A stretch of 63,538 bases of DNA, filler included, from Octopus bimaculoides (GCF_001194135.2; 7 parts of 7 records of this genome joined end to end with filler, not necessarily neighbours in it); one strand, 5' to 3'. Shown: positions 12,714-25,328, numbered from the whole stretch's first letter. Made by a program: numbers and translations. Notes: generated by a model from the letters alone, not told the origin.

Positions 12714-14235
12714 AAAATTGTGTGTAAGAATTAATAGCAGACGTATCCAATGTAAGAAAAGTGATGTATGGAATAAGTAATTGTTATGCGCTTATAGAAA
12801 AACAATTTATATTATAGAAATTGATACATACCTGTTGAAGATTAAAATGTTTTTGACGCGTGTATAATCATAGAGAAAGTGAAAGACATGAAATGTCCGT
12901 TTGTGTGTGTATGTGTGTATATTTTTGGCGGGATTTTTGCCTTTAGCAGGAGTTGGTTTGTTTTATCTGTCGATCAATGGCCGGACAAGTGAAAAGGGAA
13001 GGCAATCTTTTGAAGTCGAATGAAGATGCATGGCGAGTTTTATGACTGAACTTCTTTTGAAGTTGTGGTGAGAGGGAGAATTGATGTGCGTGCGTATGTC
13101 TGTGTGCGTGTGAGTGTGTATGTTTGATGGGGTGTGTATGTTTGATGGGGTGTGCATGGCAGAGAGAGTAATGTTGATGGTGTATGTGTATATGAGAGAG
13201 AGAGGGAGAAAGAAAGAGAGATAAATGAAATTTATCATTCAGTTTATTTATTTATTATGTATACATGTATGAATGACTTCAGTGACGCACACTCACATAC
13301 ACGCACGCACGAAAGTTGTTTTAATCGATTTTCTCTGTAAGTATGGGTCTATGAAAAAAATAGAAAGCGCGTTCCAATATATGCACCCGTCTCCACATGT
13401 GTGCCATTTTTCACGCGAATCCACCCAGCCGTTTGGTCGTGAACCTCAAGACAAGAAAGAATACAACGGTCGGCCAACTTCAATTTATATTATAAACCCG
13501 GTTTCACCCAGCGTTTCTCAACCTGATCATTTCGTGTCCCGTTTCGATTGGAGCCTCAGAAAATGGCTTCAGGAGTTGTGAAGAAAGAACTTGTACGTAA
13601 TCTGTTTGTGAGAGCTATTCTATTGAACGTCTGTCTAATCATTAAAAGATCTATTTAATTATGAACATAGNNNNNNNNNNNNNNNNNNNNNNNNNNNNNN
13701 NNNNNNNNNNNNNNNNNNNNNNNNNNNNNNNNNNNNNNNNNNNNNNNNNNNNNNNNNNNNNNNNNNNNNNNNNNNNNNNNNNNNNNNNNNNNNNNNNNNN
13801 NNNNNNNNNNNNNNNNNNNNNNNNNNNNNNNNNNNNNNNNNNNNNNNNNNNNNNNNNNNNNNNNNNNNNNNNNNNNNNNNNNNNNNNNNGTGTTAATGGC
13901 AGAATAACATTTGAAATGCAAATCGGTGAATGAAAAATAAGTTCAGACCTCTACATGGTAGGTAGACCTGGTAGAAATAGCAGCCAAATCTCCTTCAAAA
14001 CACCCTACTGTATTAATGCGAGAATTCTGCGTATTATGTTAAGAAGTTGATGTTAAGAATTGCTTTTACTGAAAATTAAGCTGTAAGAATGAATGGGAAA
14101 ATCATGTGTAAGAATCCAATTTAAGAAAAGTGAAGTATAGAATAAGTAATTGTTATACGTATCCAATTTAAGAAAAGTGAAGTATAGAATAAGTAATTGT
14201 TATACGCTTATAGAAAAACAATTGTGAGATTAAAA
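12714..14235. repeat. Non-autonomous repeat body pieces (possibly Helitron-like); 14100-14235 repeats 12715-12850 and carries a 47-bp tandem duplication
   Basis: AAGAAAAGTGA-GTAT-GAATAAGTAATTGTTAT-CG occurs at about 12755, 14124 and 14171. The tandem unit starts at 14114 and 14161. A possible minus-strand A|TC 5' end lies at 13649. Confidence 0.45.
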
Positions 14236-14237
14236 TG

Positions 14238-15158
14238 GGCTAATGACTTGTGACTGAGACCTTTGGAAATATGCAGTGCGTGAGAAGACTCAGCAAGCCA
14301 AGCGAGACCATAATCCGAAGCCTCTGCCAGGGGTTTAGCCAGCCCACTTATGTGTACCTTTCCTTCATTGGACACTAAACTCTGCTTGCGAAAACCTGTT
14401 GAGGCAAGTGAAATTGAAATCGAACCAAATTAGACGACTGGCACCCATGCTAACCTCTCCTTCATTGGACACTAAACTCGGCTTGCGAAGACCTGTTTAG
14501 GCAAGTTAAATCGAAATCGTGATGGAACCAAATTCGATGACTGGCACCTGTGCCTGTGGAGCGCTAAGAGCACCTTCCAAGCGTGATCATTGCCAGAGCA
14601 GCTGAGTGGCTTCCGTGCCAGTGGCACGTAAATAGCACCATTTAAGTGTGATCGTACCCAGTGTCGCTTTACTGGCACTTGTGCCAATCTTCCTTCATTG
14701 GACACTAAACTCTGCTTGCGAATACCTGTTGGGGAAAGTGAAATCGAAACTGAACCAAATTTGATGTCTGGCACCCGGCTCCAGTGGAGTGCCAACAACA
14801 CCATCCGACTGGGATCGCTGCCAGAGCAGCATTCAGGCTTCCATGCCAGTGGCATGTGAACAAAACATTCGAGCGAAATTGTTGCCAGTGTCGCTGGACT
14901 GACTCATGTGCAGGTGGCACGTAAAAAGCACCATTTTGAGCGTGGTTATTGCCAGTAGCGCATGACTGGCCATCGTGCCAGTGGCACGTAAAAACACCTA
15001 CTACACTCTCAGAGTGGTTGGCGTTAGGAAGGGCATCCAGCTTTAGAAACTCTGCCAGATCAGATTGGAGCCTGGTGCAGCCATCCGGTTCGCCAGTCCT
15101 CAGTCAAATTCTCTAACCCATGCTAGCATGGAAAGCGGACGTTAAACGATGATGATGA
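14238..15158 (+). mobile_element. 5'-truncated RTE 3' end (ORF C-terminus plus modular 3' UTR, (GAT)n tail); same family as the PHD-bearing RTE
   Basis: AATGACTTGTGAC ... CTTTGGAAATATGC-GTGCGTGAGAAGAC matches the minus strand at about 18215-18272. The block TCCTTCATTGGACACTAAACTC occurs three times (about 14361, 14458, 14692). Confidence 0.85.
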
Positions 15159-16044
15159 TATATAGATATGTATATATATATATATGTAAGAACGACCGTG
15201 CGAACCAAAAGGAGAAATGGTGACGAATGGAAAAACGGGCTCCTTTATTAAACGTATCACACGGTCGAACACAAAAATATAGAATGATAAATATGTTATA
15301 ATACTATAACATAGGAAATTCGTAACTGCCAGTTGAACCAACCGATGAAGATGAATAACAGTAAGATTTATTGGAGCATTAAATCGTATGTCTGTGTGTG
15401 TGTGTGAATGCGACATAATAAAACACAATAAAAGACAGGCCGTCATGTAAACAAAAGAGTGTGTGCGAGTAATACATGTGAATGCGTAAGATACAGCGGA
15501 TAGAAAAGAGTCAGTAACACGGATAAGAATTTAAGATACCAGTTCTTTGTTAGAGTACACAGTGGTAAGTGTCTGTATATAAGAAGTTAAAGCGTGTGGG
15601 GCAGAGCGATCACTCGTCGTGATGTTAGGGCTTCAATGCCGGGCCGGGTTCTTGAATACAGATGTTCTTCGCAGGCGTCGGATTCTGGCTGTTGGTTTTC
15701 GTGGTGAAGAAATCATACAAACAGGGCTTAGAAGTGCTGCGGTTAGCTGTTGGTAGCTCGTGTACGTGTAGANNNNNNNNNNNNNNNNNNNNNNNNNNNN
15801 NNNNNNNNNNNNNNNNNNNNNNNNNNNNNNNNNNNNNNNNNNNNNNNNNNNNNNNNNNNNNNNNNNNNNNNNNNNNNNNNNNNNNNNNNNNNNNNNNNNN
15901 NNNNNNNNNNNNNNNNNNNNNNNNNNNNNNNNNNNNNNNNNNNNNNNNNNNNNNNNNNNNNNNNNNNNNNNNNNNNNNNNNNNNNNNNNNNNNNNNNNNN
16001 NNNNNNNNNNNNNNNNNNNNNNNNNNNNNNNNNNNNNNNNNNNN

Positions 16045-16086
<42 letters not shown>

Positions 16087-16160
16087 TATATATATGTATA
16101 TATATAACGTTAAGGAGGGTATTGGATTTAACCAAACCCAAAGATACAGGTAATACCGAG

Positions 16161-16955
16161 TATTTATTTATTTATTTATGGGTTTCAGCCAAGTGGCTGT
16201 CGTCATGCTGGAGCACCACCGTGACTTTCCGTCTTTATGCTGTGCTCTCTTCACGTTCCTTGCATGGCTCTTCTCCTCCACCTTATATAGTCCAATCAAA
16301 GAGTTTTGATGGCACATTTGGTGTATAAGAGAATTTGACATCGCTGCCCGAAACTGTGTCTCATTTCGAGCCATTGGTTCGTCTGGTATCGTGGAGAGGA
16401 AAGCATCGAATTTTGTCTTGAAGACCTCGATATCCATGTCTTGCAGGTCTCTCAAATGTTTTGGCAGGGCATTGAAGAACTGAGGTCCTCTGAAACCGAG
16501 GCTCTTGCAGTACCACGTTTTTATGTGAGATGCAGTGGCGACCTGTGCGGGCATTCTTGTAGTACTTGATGCCAAAGTTTGGCACCAGTCCTTCCAGTAT
16601 TTTCCATATGTATATTATTACATATCTCTCCCGCCTGCGTTCCAGGGAGTAGAGACCTAGTGCCTTCAGTCGCTCTCTGTAGTTCATCTGTTGGACTGTG
16701 GCCACCTTTTTTTGTATAGTGACGCTGAATTGCCTCGAGTTCTGCTGTCCGCTTGACACTGCGTGGTGACCACAACTGAGAGCAATAGTCTAGGCGGCTC
16801 AGAACAAATGTCTTCCATAGAGTCAACATGACTTTTTGATCTCTTGTTCGGAATGTCCTCAGTATCCACCCTGCCAGTTGTCTGCATTTTGCTGTCAACT
16901 TGACAATGTGCATGTGAAATGATGCATCACTACACATGTTGATGCCCAGGTCTCT
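16161..16955 (-). pseudogene. CR1/L2-group LINE 3' end (RT C-terminus, 3' UTR, (ATAA)n tail)
   Basis: GWILRTFRTRD ... LSRLDYCSQLWSP ... LEAIQR ... YRERLKALGLYSLERRRER ... FNALPKHLRD ... FKTKFDAFL, with frameshifts. The exact clade is uncertain. Confidence 0.88.
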
Positions 16956-17182
16956 TACTGTCTGTGGTTCTGGGATTGCAATATATATTTATGAATATAT
17001 ATATATGTATATATATGTAATATATGTATATATCTATATATATATATATGTATATATGTATATATATATACATATATATTTATATGCATATGTATATATG
17101 TATATGTATATATAAATATACATATATATATATGTATATATATACATGTATATGTATATATACATGTATATATATATATACA

Positions 17183-17233
<51 letters not shown>

Positions 17234-17901
17234 NNNNNNNNNNNNNNNNNNNNNNNNNNNNNNNNNNNNNNNNNNNNNNNNNNNNNNNNNNNNNNNNNNN
17301 NNNNNNNNNNNNNNNNNNNNNNNNNNNNNNNNNNNNNNNNNNNNNNNNNNNNNNNNNNNNNNNNNNNNNNNNNNNNNNNNNNNNNNNNNNNNNNNNNNNN
17401 NNNNNNNNNNNNNNNNNNNNNNNNNNNNNNNNNNNNNNNNNNNNNNNNNNNNNNNNNNNNNNNNNNNNNNNNNNNNNNNNNNNNNNNNNNNNNNNNNNNN
17501 NNNNNNNNNNNNNNNNNNNNNNNNNNNNNNNNNNNNNNNNNNNNNNNNNNNNNNNNNNNNNNNNNNNNNNNNNNNNNNNNNNNNNNNNNNNNNNNNNNNN
17601 NNNNNNNNNNNNNNNNNNNNNNNNNNNNNNNNNNNNNNNNNNNNNNNNNNNNNNNNNNNNNNNNNNNNNNNNNNNNNNNNNNNNNNNNNNNNNNNNNNNN
17701 NNNNNNNNNNNNNNNNNNNNNNNNNNNNNNNNNNNNNNNNNNNNNNNNNNNNNNNNNNNNNNNNNNNNNNNNNNNNNNNNNNNNNNNNNNNNNNNNNNNN
17801 NNNNNNNNNNNNNNNNNNNNNNNNNNNNNNNNNNNNNNNNNNNNNNNNNNNNNNNNNNNNNNNNNNNNNNNNNNNNNNNNNNNNNNNNNNNNNNNNNNNN
17901 N

Positions 17902-19027
17902 NCAGGAAGGCGACATTGGTAACGATCATGCTGGAGCAGTTTATGTGCCACCGGCACGGAAGCCAGACAGCTGCTCTGGCAACGATCGCGCTCGGACGGT
18001 GCTCTTAGTGCTCCACTGGTACAGTGCCATCATGATTTCGCTTTCGCTTGCCCCAACAGGTTTTCGCAAGCCGAGTTTAGTGTTCCTACAAATTTAGTTC
18101 GATTTCGATTTCACTTGCCTCACCATGTCTTTGCAAGCGGGGTTTAGTGTCCAATAAAGGAATGTTACGCGTAAGTGGGCTGGCTACATCCCTAGCAGAG
18201 GCCTTGGATTTTGGTCTCACTTGGTCTTCTCACGCACAGCATATTTCCAAAGTTCACGGTCACAAGTCATTGCTCCGGTGAGGCCTAATGTTCGGAGGTC
18301 GTGCTTCACCGCCTCATCCCTGGTCTTCTTAGGCTTGCCTCAACCGCTAAGGTGTGGCACTTTTTCATGCAGCTATCCTCATCCATTCTCACCACATGTC
18401 CATAACAGCGCAATTGTCTCTCTTGCACACCACAACTGATGCTTCTTATGTTCAACTTTTCTCTCACGATACTTACACTATGTCGGGTATGCACACTGAC
18501 ATTACTCATCCATCAGAGCATACTGGCTTCATTCCTTGCGAGCTTATGCATGTCCTCAGCAGTCACGGCCCATGTTTCACTGCTATGTAGCATGGCTGTT
18601 AGTGCACATGCATCATACAGTCTGCCTTTTACTCTGAGTGAGAGGCCCTTTGACACCAGCAGAGGTAAGAGCTCTCTGAACTTTGCCCAGGCTATTCTTA
18701 TTCTAGCAGCTATACTTTCAGCGCACCCACCCCCACTACTAAGTTTGGTCACCCAGATAGCGGAAGCTATCAACTACGTCTAGTTTTTCTCTCTGGAATG
18801 AGACAGAAGTTGTTTTCTACATATTTAGAGTGTTTATTGCACCTGAACATCTTCCACATATAAAAACTAACTTCCTAGTTAACCTGCCTTTGATATTGCT
18901 GCACCTCTTATGTGTCCATAGCTTGCACTGGGTACATCTTATAGAGTTTCTACCTACACCTTTTCTACAAATCGAGCAGGGCCATCTACCTGAAGTGGTT
19001 TGTGTTTTGTCTATCTTTCTACTTATT
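17902..19027 (-). pseudogene. RTE-clade LINE 3' portion: PHD finger, RT block 7, C-terminus and 3' UTR
   Basis: CSICRKGVGRNSIRCTQCKLWTHKRCSNIKGRLTRKLVFICGRC, then KLDVVDSFRYLG, SGGGCAESIAARIRIAWAKFRELLPLL, LRCYGHVVRM, and the family 3' UTR. Confidence 0.92.
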
Positions 19028-19466
19028 NNNNNNNNNNNNNNNNNNNNNNNNNNNNNNNNNNNNNNNNNNNNNNNNNNNNNNNNNNNNNNNNNNNNNNNNN
19101 NNNNNNNNNNNNNNNNNNNNNNNNNNNNNNNNNNNNNNNNNNNNNNNNNNNNNNNNNNNNNNNNNNNNNNNNNNNNNNNNNNNNNNNNNNNNNNNNNNNN
19201 NNNNNNNNNNNNNNNNNNNNNNNNNNNNNNNNNNNNNNNNNNNNNNNNNNNNNNNNNNNNNNNNNNNNNNNNNNNNNNNNNNNNNNNNNNNNTGGGTACA
19301 ATACAGGACAAACAAATATACAAAATGCATGAGTTCGATGTTTTTTAAAAATTTACGATTGTCTTTATATATAAGGAATACACATTTTATCAAAATTTAA
19401 AGTTTATATCTTCGTTGACTTTTTTCTTCCCTTTTTTTTCCTTTCTAATACACACACACACACACG

Positions 19467-19499
<33 letters not shown>

Positions 19500-19500
19500 T

Positions 19501-22500
19501 AAATAAAGCAATTGATTCTTCAACCTGACAGCCTATAAGGCCTAGCAGATCGCCTTTTATTTCTCTGATGATTAATTTGGGTTACTCACACCCACCTTTT
19601 TCACCACTTCCTTCCATCTTTGTTCATATACTCTAGCTGACAGGGTCCTCTTTTCCAGCCTTATCTTGCTCTTCAGATGGTATCTGAAGTAAAGCAGCAA
19701 TCCAGGGCCGGATATGTAGGACCCTATCACAAAACCTTCTATTCTTGTCCTCCATATACACTCTTTCAACACTGCTACTGTACAGAAAAAACAAGCCTCA
19801 CCTTCCTTCGAGAGTCCAGTTGGCGGTATCATCTTTATCATAGACCCAGCCGACAGCTGTACTCGTCCCAGATGCGACAACACGTGTTCTACGTAAATCA
19901 TCAAGCTGGAGAGCTGCTGACAATGTACAAAAGCGTGTTGGACAGTTGTCCTGCTCGCATCTTGGACATGTCGGTGGCACTGCTAAACCATGCCTGGATA
20001 ACTTCTCGTGAACAGGTAGGGCATTCCTGTAACACTGCCAAGTCAGAGATTTTTGGAAATTATCCGGCTTGAAGGTTTTCTAAAACAGGTTGGTAAGTTG
20101 GTTCTCGTCGAACCCCAGACCCCGTCCTAGGACGTCNNNNNNNNNNNNNNNNNNNNNNNNNNNNNNNNNNNNNNNNNNNNNNNNNNNNNNNNNNNNNNNN
20201 NNNNNNNNNNNNNNNNNNNNNNNNNNNNNNNNNNNNNNNNNNNNNNNNNNNNNNNNNNNNNNNNNNNNNNNNNNNNNNNNNNNNNNNNNNNNNNNNNNNN
20301 NNNNNNNNNNNNNNNNNNNNNNNNNNNNNNNNNNNNNNNNNNNNNNNNNNNNNNNNNNNNNNNNNNNNNNNNNNNNNNNNNNNNNNNNNNNNNNNNNNNN
20401 NNNNNNNNNNNNNNNNNNNNNNNNNNNNNNNNNNNNNNNNNNNNNNNNNNNNNNNNNNNNNNNNNNNNNNNNNNNNNNNNNNNNNNNNNNNNNNNNNNNN
20501 NNNNNNNNNNNNNNNNNNNNNNNNNNNCTGGCAGCACACGGAGCGCCTCACAAGTAGCTTTCCCCCCCTCCACAAAAAGCGGAAGAGGAGTCGTACCAGC
20601 TTGTTTAGCCAAAAATTGGGGCAAGGCACAACAGACAGGCGGTAGGTGATTACAGATGCTATAAACACCTGCACCACCTCCGCTCTACCCTTCAAGGACA
20701 GAGACCTTCCGGACCACTTCCGTACTGTGGCCTCCACCTTGTTCACCTTGTTCACTACCTCGCTCCAATTCTTCTCTGTCTGGGAGTCTGAACCAAACCA
20801 AACTCCAAGCAACTTAACATGACCATCTGTCCAGTGTCCAACGACACTGGATGATAACGGCTTGTTCCTCCAGGTGCCGAGGCGCAAACCGATGGACTTG
20901 TCCTTGTTAACTTTTGCTCCTGCCACCGCTTCGTATCTTCAGAGAGCATCTTCTACACGAGGTAGTTGTGCTTCTTTAGACACGATGAGAGTGACGTCAT
21001 AAGCAGAAGTGAACTTACCGCATCCGATCTCATTAGGGTTGCCGCCCAACTTCTCCAGCCTCTGCAGCAATGGTTCTAGGGCCAAAACGTACAGGACCGG
21101 AGACAAGGGACACCCTTGACAAACAGACCGCTTGATCGAAAACGGCTCCGTAAGGTAACCATTTATCTGGACGGTGGACCTGATGTCGCTGTACATAGCG
21201 GAGATCCACCCGCGAAAGCCAGGGCCTATCCCAGCTGCTTCGAGGACGGCCTCCAGGTACCGATGGTCTACCCTATCGAATGCTTTACTTTGGTCTAAGT
21301 GGACCAATGCCCCTCCTTTGCCAGCTAATTTCCCAACCCTGTCTAAGCTGTAGCGGAGAAGGTGAAGATTGTCCTGGATCGACCTGCCTGGGATTGCACA
21401 AGTTTGTGCCTTCCTAACAAGCTTCTCCACGACAGCCGTCAACCTTTTAGCTAACACCTTGGCCAAAATCTTTAACTCTACGTTAAGTAGAGTTATGGGC
21501 CTGTAGTTACTAATGCTATCCCCCTTTCTTGGGTCCTTCTTGATCAGCGTCACAACTCCCCGGCTTACAGAACTGGGAATTCTCCCATTCTGCTGCCAGG
21601 ACATCCCCAAACAAGTCCGGCATTAAACGATAAAACTTGTAAGGCAGACTATCCAGTCCCGGAGACTTTTCTCCATCGCACTCAGCCAGCACCCTCTTAC
21701 CTCCATGGGAGTGATCGGGCCTTCACAGCGTTCAGCCTCACGTGCCGAGAGTCGAGGCCCGCCAGCTTGGAAGTCCCTTAAGGGCTCCTCGCGCTCAAGT
21801 GGACCGCTCTCCCCGAACACCCGAGCAAAATACTGGTGGAAAGCTTTTTGCATCTCCTCCTGTCTACAGGTCCTGCGGCCCTGCTCGTCAGTTAAAGACT
21901 TAATACAGGACTTCTTGCCCTTCTGAATCTCCACATGACGTGCCCATCTGGCTACGTTAATACCCTCTTGTTTCCCAGCGTGTAATTTAGCTGTGACTCA
22001 GCACCCTTCATGTTTGGCATTGAGGTGACGGTACAAGACCGTTCTCGCCGCCGTCACTCTGGATGCGGAGCCAGATTCCATTGCCTCATCTAGACTCTTG
22101 ACTAAGTCACCCTCTATTCTAGTCCTATCTAAACTTAGCTGATTGCTAAATCTAATGGACTTAAGACGGATGACTCTCTTGAGGGCGTGTCACCATCTAT
22201 TATTAATGATGGTGCCACATAATGCCCTCTGCACTAACTCCTTAATCTGGGTACGGACAGCTTCACAAGCCAAAATAGACTTGTTCATTTTCCAATACCT
22301 GGGTCCCTGTCTATGATACTTATCTATATGAACCTCACACGTCACAAGTTTGTGATTCATGTAAGGCACAATACAAAAATGTGGACAGCTAAAGCTATGC
22401 TTATCTCTTTCCTTAACAAATATTCTATCTATGTACGATCTGTGTGAGCCGTCGTTATTACTCCACGTCCACTGTGGAACGCTCGGCTCATCCAGTCGGT

Positions 22501-24334
22501 AGCGGTCTACTAGATTAAAGCTCTCTAGTAGACCCTTGACGCGTACATCGAGAATAGTGTTGAAGTCCCCTAGCAAAACTATCGTTTTAGAGATCAATAA
22601 AAAGTACTCCACGTTCCGAAAAAAAACCGACTGCCCCTGTCCATTAGGAGCATAGGCAGCTACCAACCTGAAGGACTGCTTACTTTCATGTGTTACATCT
22701 AGGACGACCAGCCTACCTTCTGGGTCCAGAAAGACAGTACGTATCTGTAAGTCCAAGTTCTTCCTGATAAGGACTGCTACACCTGCACCTCCCCTCCGGC
22801 TCGGAGAAATAAATTTCTCGTAACCATTGAGGAGGGGCGAGAACGCTTCAGGTCCCTTCATCTTGGACTCGGTGATCACAGCCACATCTATTCTATGTGA
22901 AATGAGGTTGTCCAGAAAACAAGCTTGTTTCCNNNNNNNNNNATTTCTCGTAACCATTGAGGAGGGGCGAGAACGCTTCAGGTCCCTTCATCTTGGACTC
23001 GGTGATCACAGCCACATCTATTCTATGTGAAATGAGGTTGTCCAGAAAACAAGCTTGTTTCCATTTCGACCTCATTCCACGCACATTTAAACTACCTAAG
23101 TTAATCATCGAAAAAATAAAAGTAAAAATAAACACTTATGGTTGTGAGAGGGAGCATGGCACTTTTTGTTTGCCATCCTCCCCCACTCCTTCCGCTTCTA
23201 CTGGGCTCTTTCTTGGGGTTGCCACCGGGCTCTGGGTTGGGGTGGCTGCCGGGCTGACTATCAATTTGCCTTCCTTGACGTCGTTGGAGACATCTATTAT
23301 CAATTTATTTATCACATGGTCTTGAAAGAGTCTTTCTTTGTAATCTTCTTCGCCCACCTTCGCGTAGCGGTACTGAGCATCATCCGTGCTGCTCTTGAAG
23401 AATTTTATGCGTGGGTGGGCTTTGGTGTATTTCACAACTTTCTCATATTAATTGCCACTATTCTATCTGTTTTTTTGAAGCCTTTCAATGCAGGGTGAGG
23501 GGGCGTCCTGAAGTTCTGTCCAATGAGAGTTGTACCAGCAGGGTAGGAGTGGGAGGTTTTTTTTCTTCTATCTGTAGGTTTGCTGATGATGATTTTTTGT
23601 TTTGTTTGGGGAGGGGAATCTGGTGTGTGTTGTTTCTTCTTTTTATTTGAGACTGATGTGAATTCCATTTCTGTTGGTTCACTTTCCTTCTCGGGAACTA
23701 TTTTCCCAGTTGTCCTCACATTTTCTTGTTCTTGTTTTTTTCCTTCAGTCTTTTTACCTTCAACTGCCACAGTGACTGTTGTTGCTTTTTTTTTTCCTCG
23801 TCCGCTTTCGAAGGAGGGGCATCACTCGCGTTAGCGGTGTTTTGCTTTTTCATGCAGGTCGAGCGAACGTGACCCTTTTGTCCACACTTAAAACATCTGG
23901 GTCGACGCCCCTCCCACTGACACACAAATGGTATGCCCCTCCGCCACAAACACCCTGTCGGGAAAATTTTCAAACGTATTATTTTCCGCTTGGACTACCA
24001 TTTCAAGCGTCTGCCCTCGCCAATTAGTTGCTTCTTTTCTCCTCATGCTCAGAATGTTGATAGTCTCCTCCACATCGAAAATTATGGCTGCTGCTACCCA
24101 CATCACGTCGTATCCAACTGGAATATCCCCCACTGTCACTCGTGCCATTCTTTTCCCCATGTAAGTGGGCAGCAACATAATTGCTTCATTTTTCAAAGTT
24201 TCTGTTGAAACTTCTTTCGCCACTTCAGCCGAGTTGAAGTGAACTTCAATTGCTGACGTGGTGAATTTTTGGCCAAATTGGTGCCAAACACATCTCTACA
24301 AGTTCGTTACGAACCTCTGCGATTTTTCTCTCCT
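19501..24334 (-). mobile_element. Near full-length decayed Tx1/L1-clade LINE (ORF1 with CCHC knuckle; ORF2 with APE, RT and C-terminal CCHC)
   Basis: ORF1 about 24300-23136 with CFKCGQKGHVRSTC. ORF2 from about 23108: GSLNVRG ... AVITESK ... LLGDFN ... YIDRIFV ... NHKLV (APE); NYRPITLLN ... DQSKAFDRVDH ... QGCPLSP (RT, YADD reduced to AYD); TCPRC ... HAFVHC. AATAAA near 19560. The 5' end is cut by a linker gap. Confidence 0.95.
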
Positions 24335-24434
24335 NNNNNNNNNNNNNNNNNNNNNNNNNNNNNNNNNNNNNNNNNNNNTTAATTAATTAANNNNNNNNNN
24401 NNNNNNNNNNNNNNNNNNNNNNNNNNNNNNNNNN

Positions 24435-24493
<59 letters not shown>

Positions 24494-25091
24494 TATCTGT
24501 GTGTGTGTGTGTGTTATACTGTTTAAGCGAAGTGAGATTTCGATTCGCTCCTTGTTCCTAATCTTACATAGTTATAACTCTTTGTGAAAGGTATCTATAA
24601 CAGCAAACCTCAACTCGCATGGTGAATGTGATCATGTATCAAAGTTAGAGTAACTTTTGAAGTTTGTTTAGTTGCAAATCAACTCCGATGTGTCAGAAAT
24701 ATGTTGAGTCATGATTCAACCATATTTTAATGGTATATAGTACTTGATTAACCAATGGACTTGGAGAGAAATTCAGCTGCAATTTCATATCAGATTGAAC
24801 GAATATATACAGACTAATTTTGTTATTTTTGTCCTTGCATCAAGTGCTTTGTACAGTGATATAATTTAAACATTAATATATTTTACTCCGGCTATTGCTG
24901 GTTGAGTATCATGTAATTCTAATTTGGTTTCCTTCTTGACAATTGTCTAAGCGTCTCAGTGTTTTTTAGACACATTCCATCAAAATGTAAATTTCCTCCC
25001 CTTATCTCTCTATTTCTCTCTCTGTATATATAAATATGTGTGTGTATACATACATACATAGACAGTCACAGACACACACATGCACACACAC

Positions 25092-25142
<51 letters not shown>

Positions 25143-25271
25143 ATACAAAAAAGATATATTTACAAGAGTTTCACTGGTGGAAACACAAACATACATACAT
25201 CCGTATTCCCGCCGTATAAACATATATACATACGCACATTCACACAATATATGTATGAATAGGCATGTATG

Positions 25272-25328
<57 letters not shown>

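Noticed and set aside
12280-13649. A single complete Helitron with both ends
   Set aside because: A linker gap at 12614-12713 lies between the putative ends, so they may belong to different loci.
15185-15772. Possible LTR edge (TGTAAG ... / minus-strand AATAAA ... TTACA) with an upstream short frame
   Set aside because: No second LTR, PBS or PPT is visible, and it ends in a gap; left unclassified.
22813-23062. 120-bp tandem duplication in the Tx1 endonuclease; similar cases at 8809-8894 and 9259-9326 vs 10249-10326
   Set aside because: Identical copies flank an N run, which indicates overlapping contig ends rather than biology.
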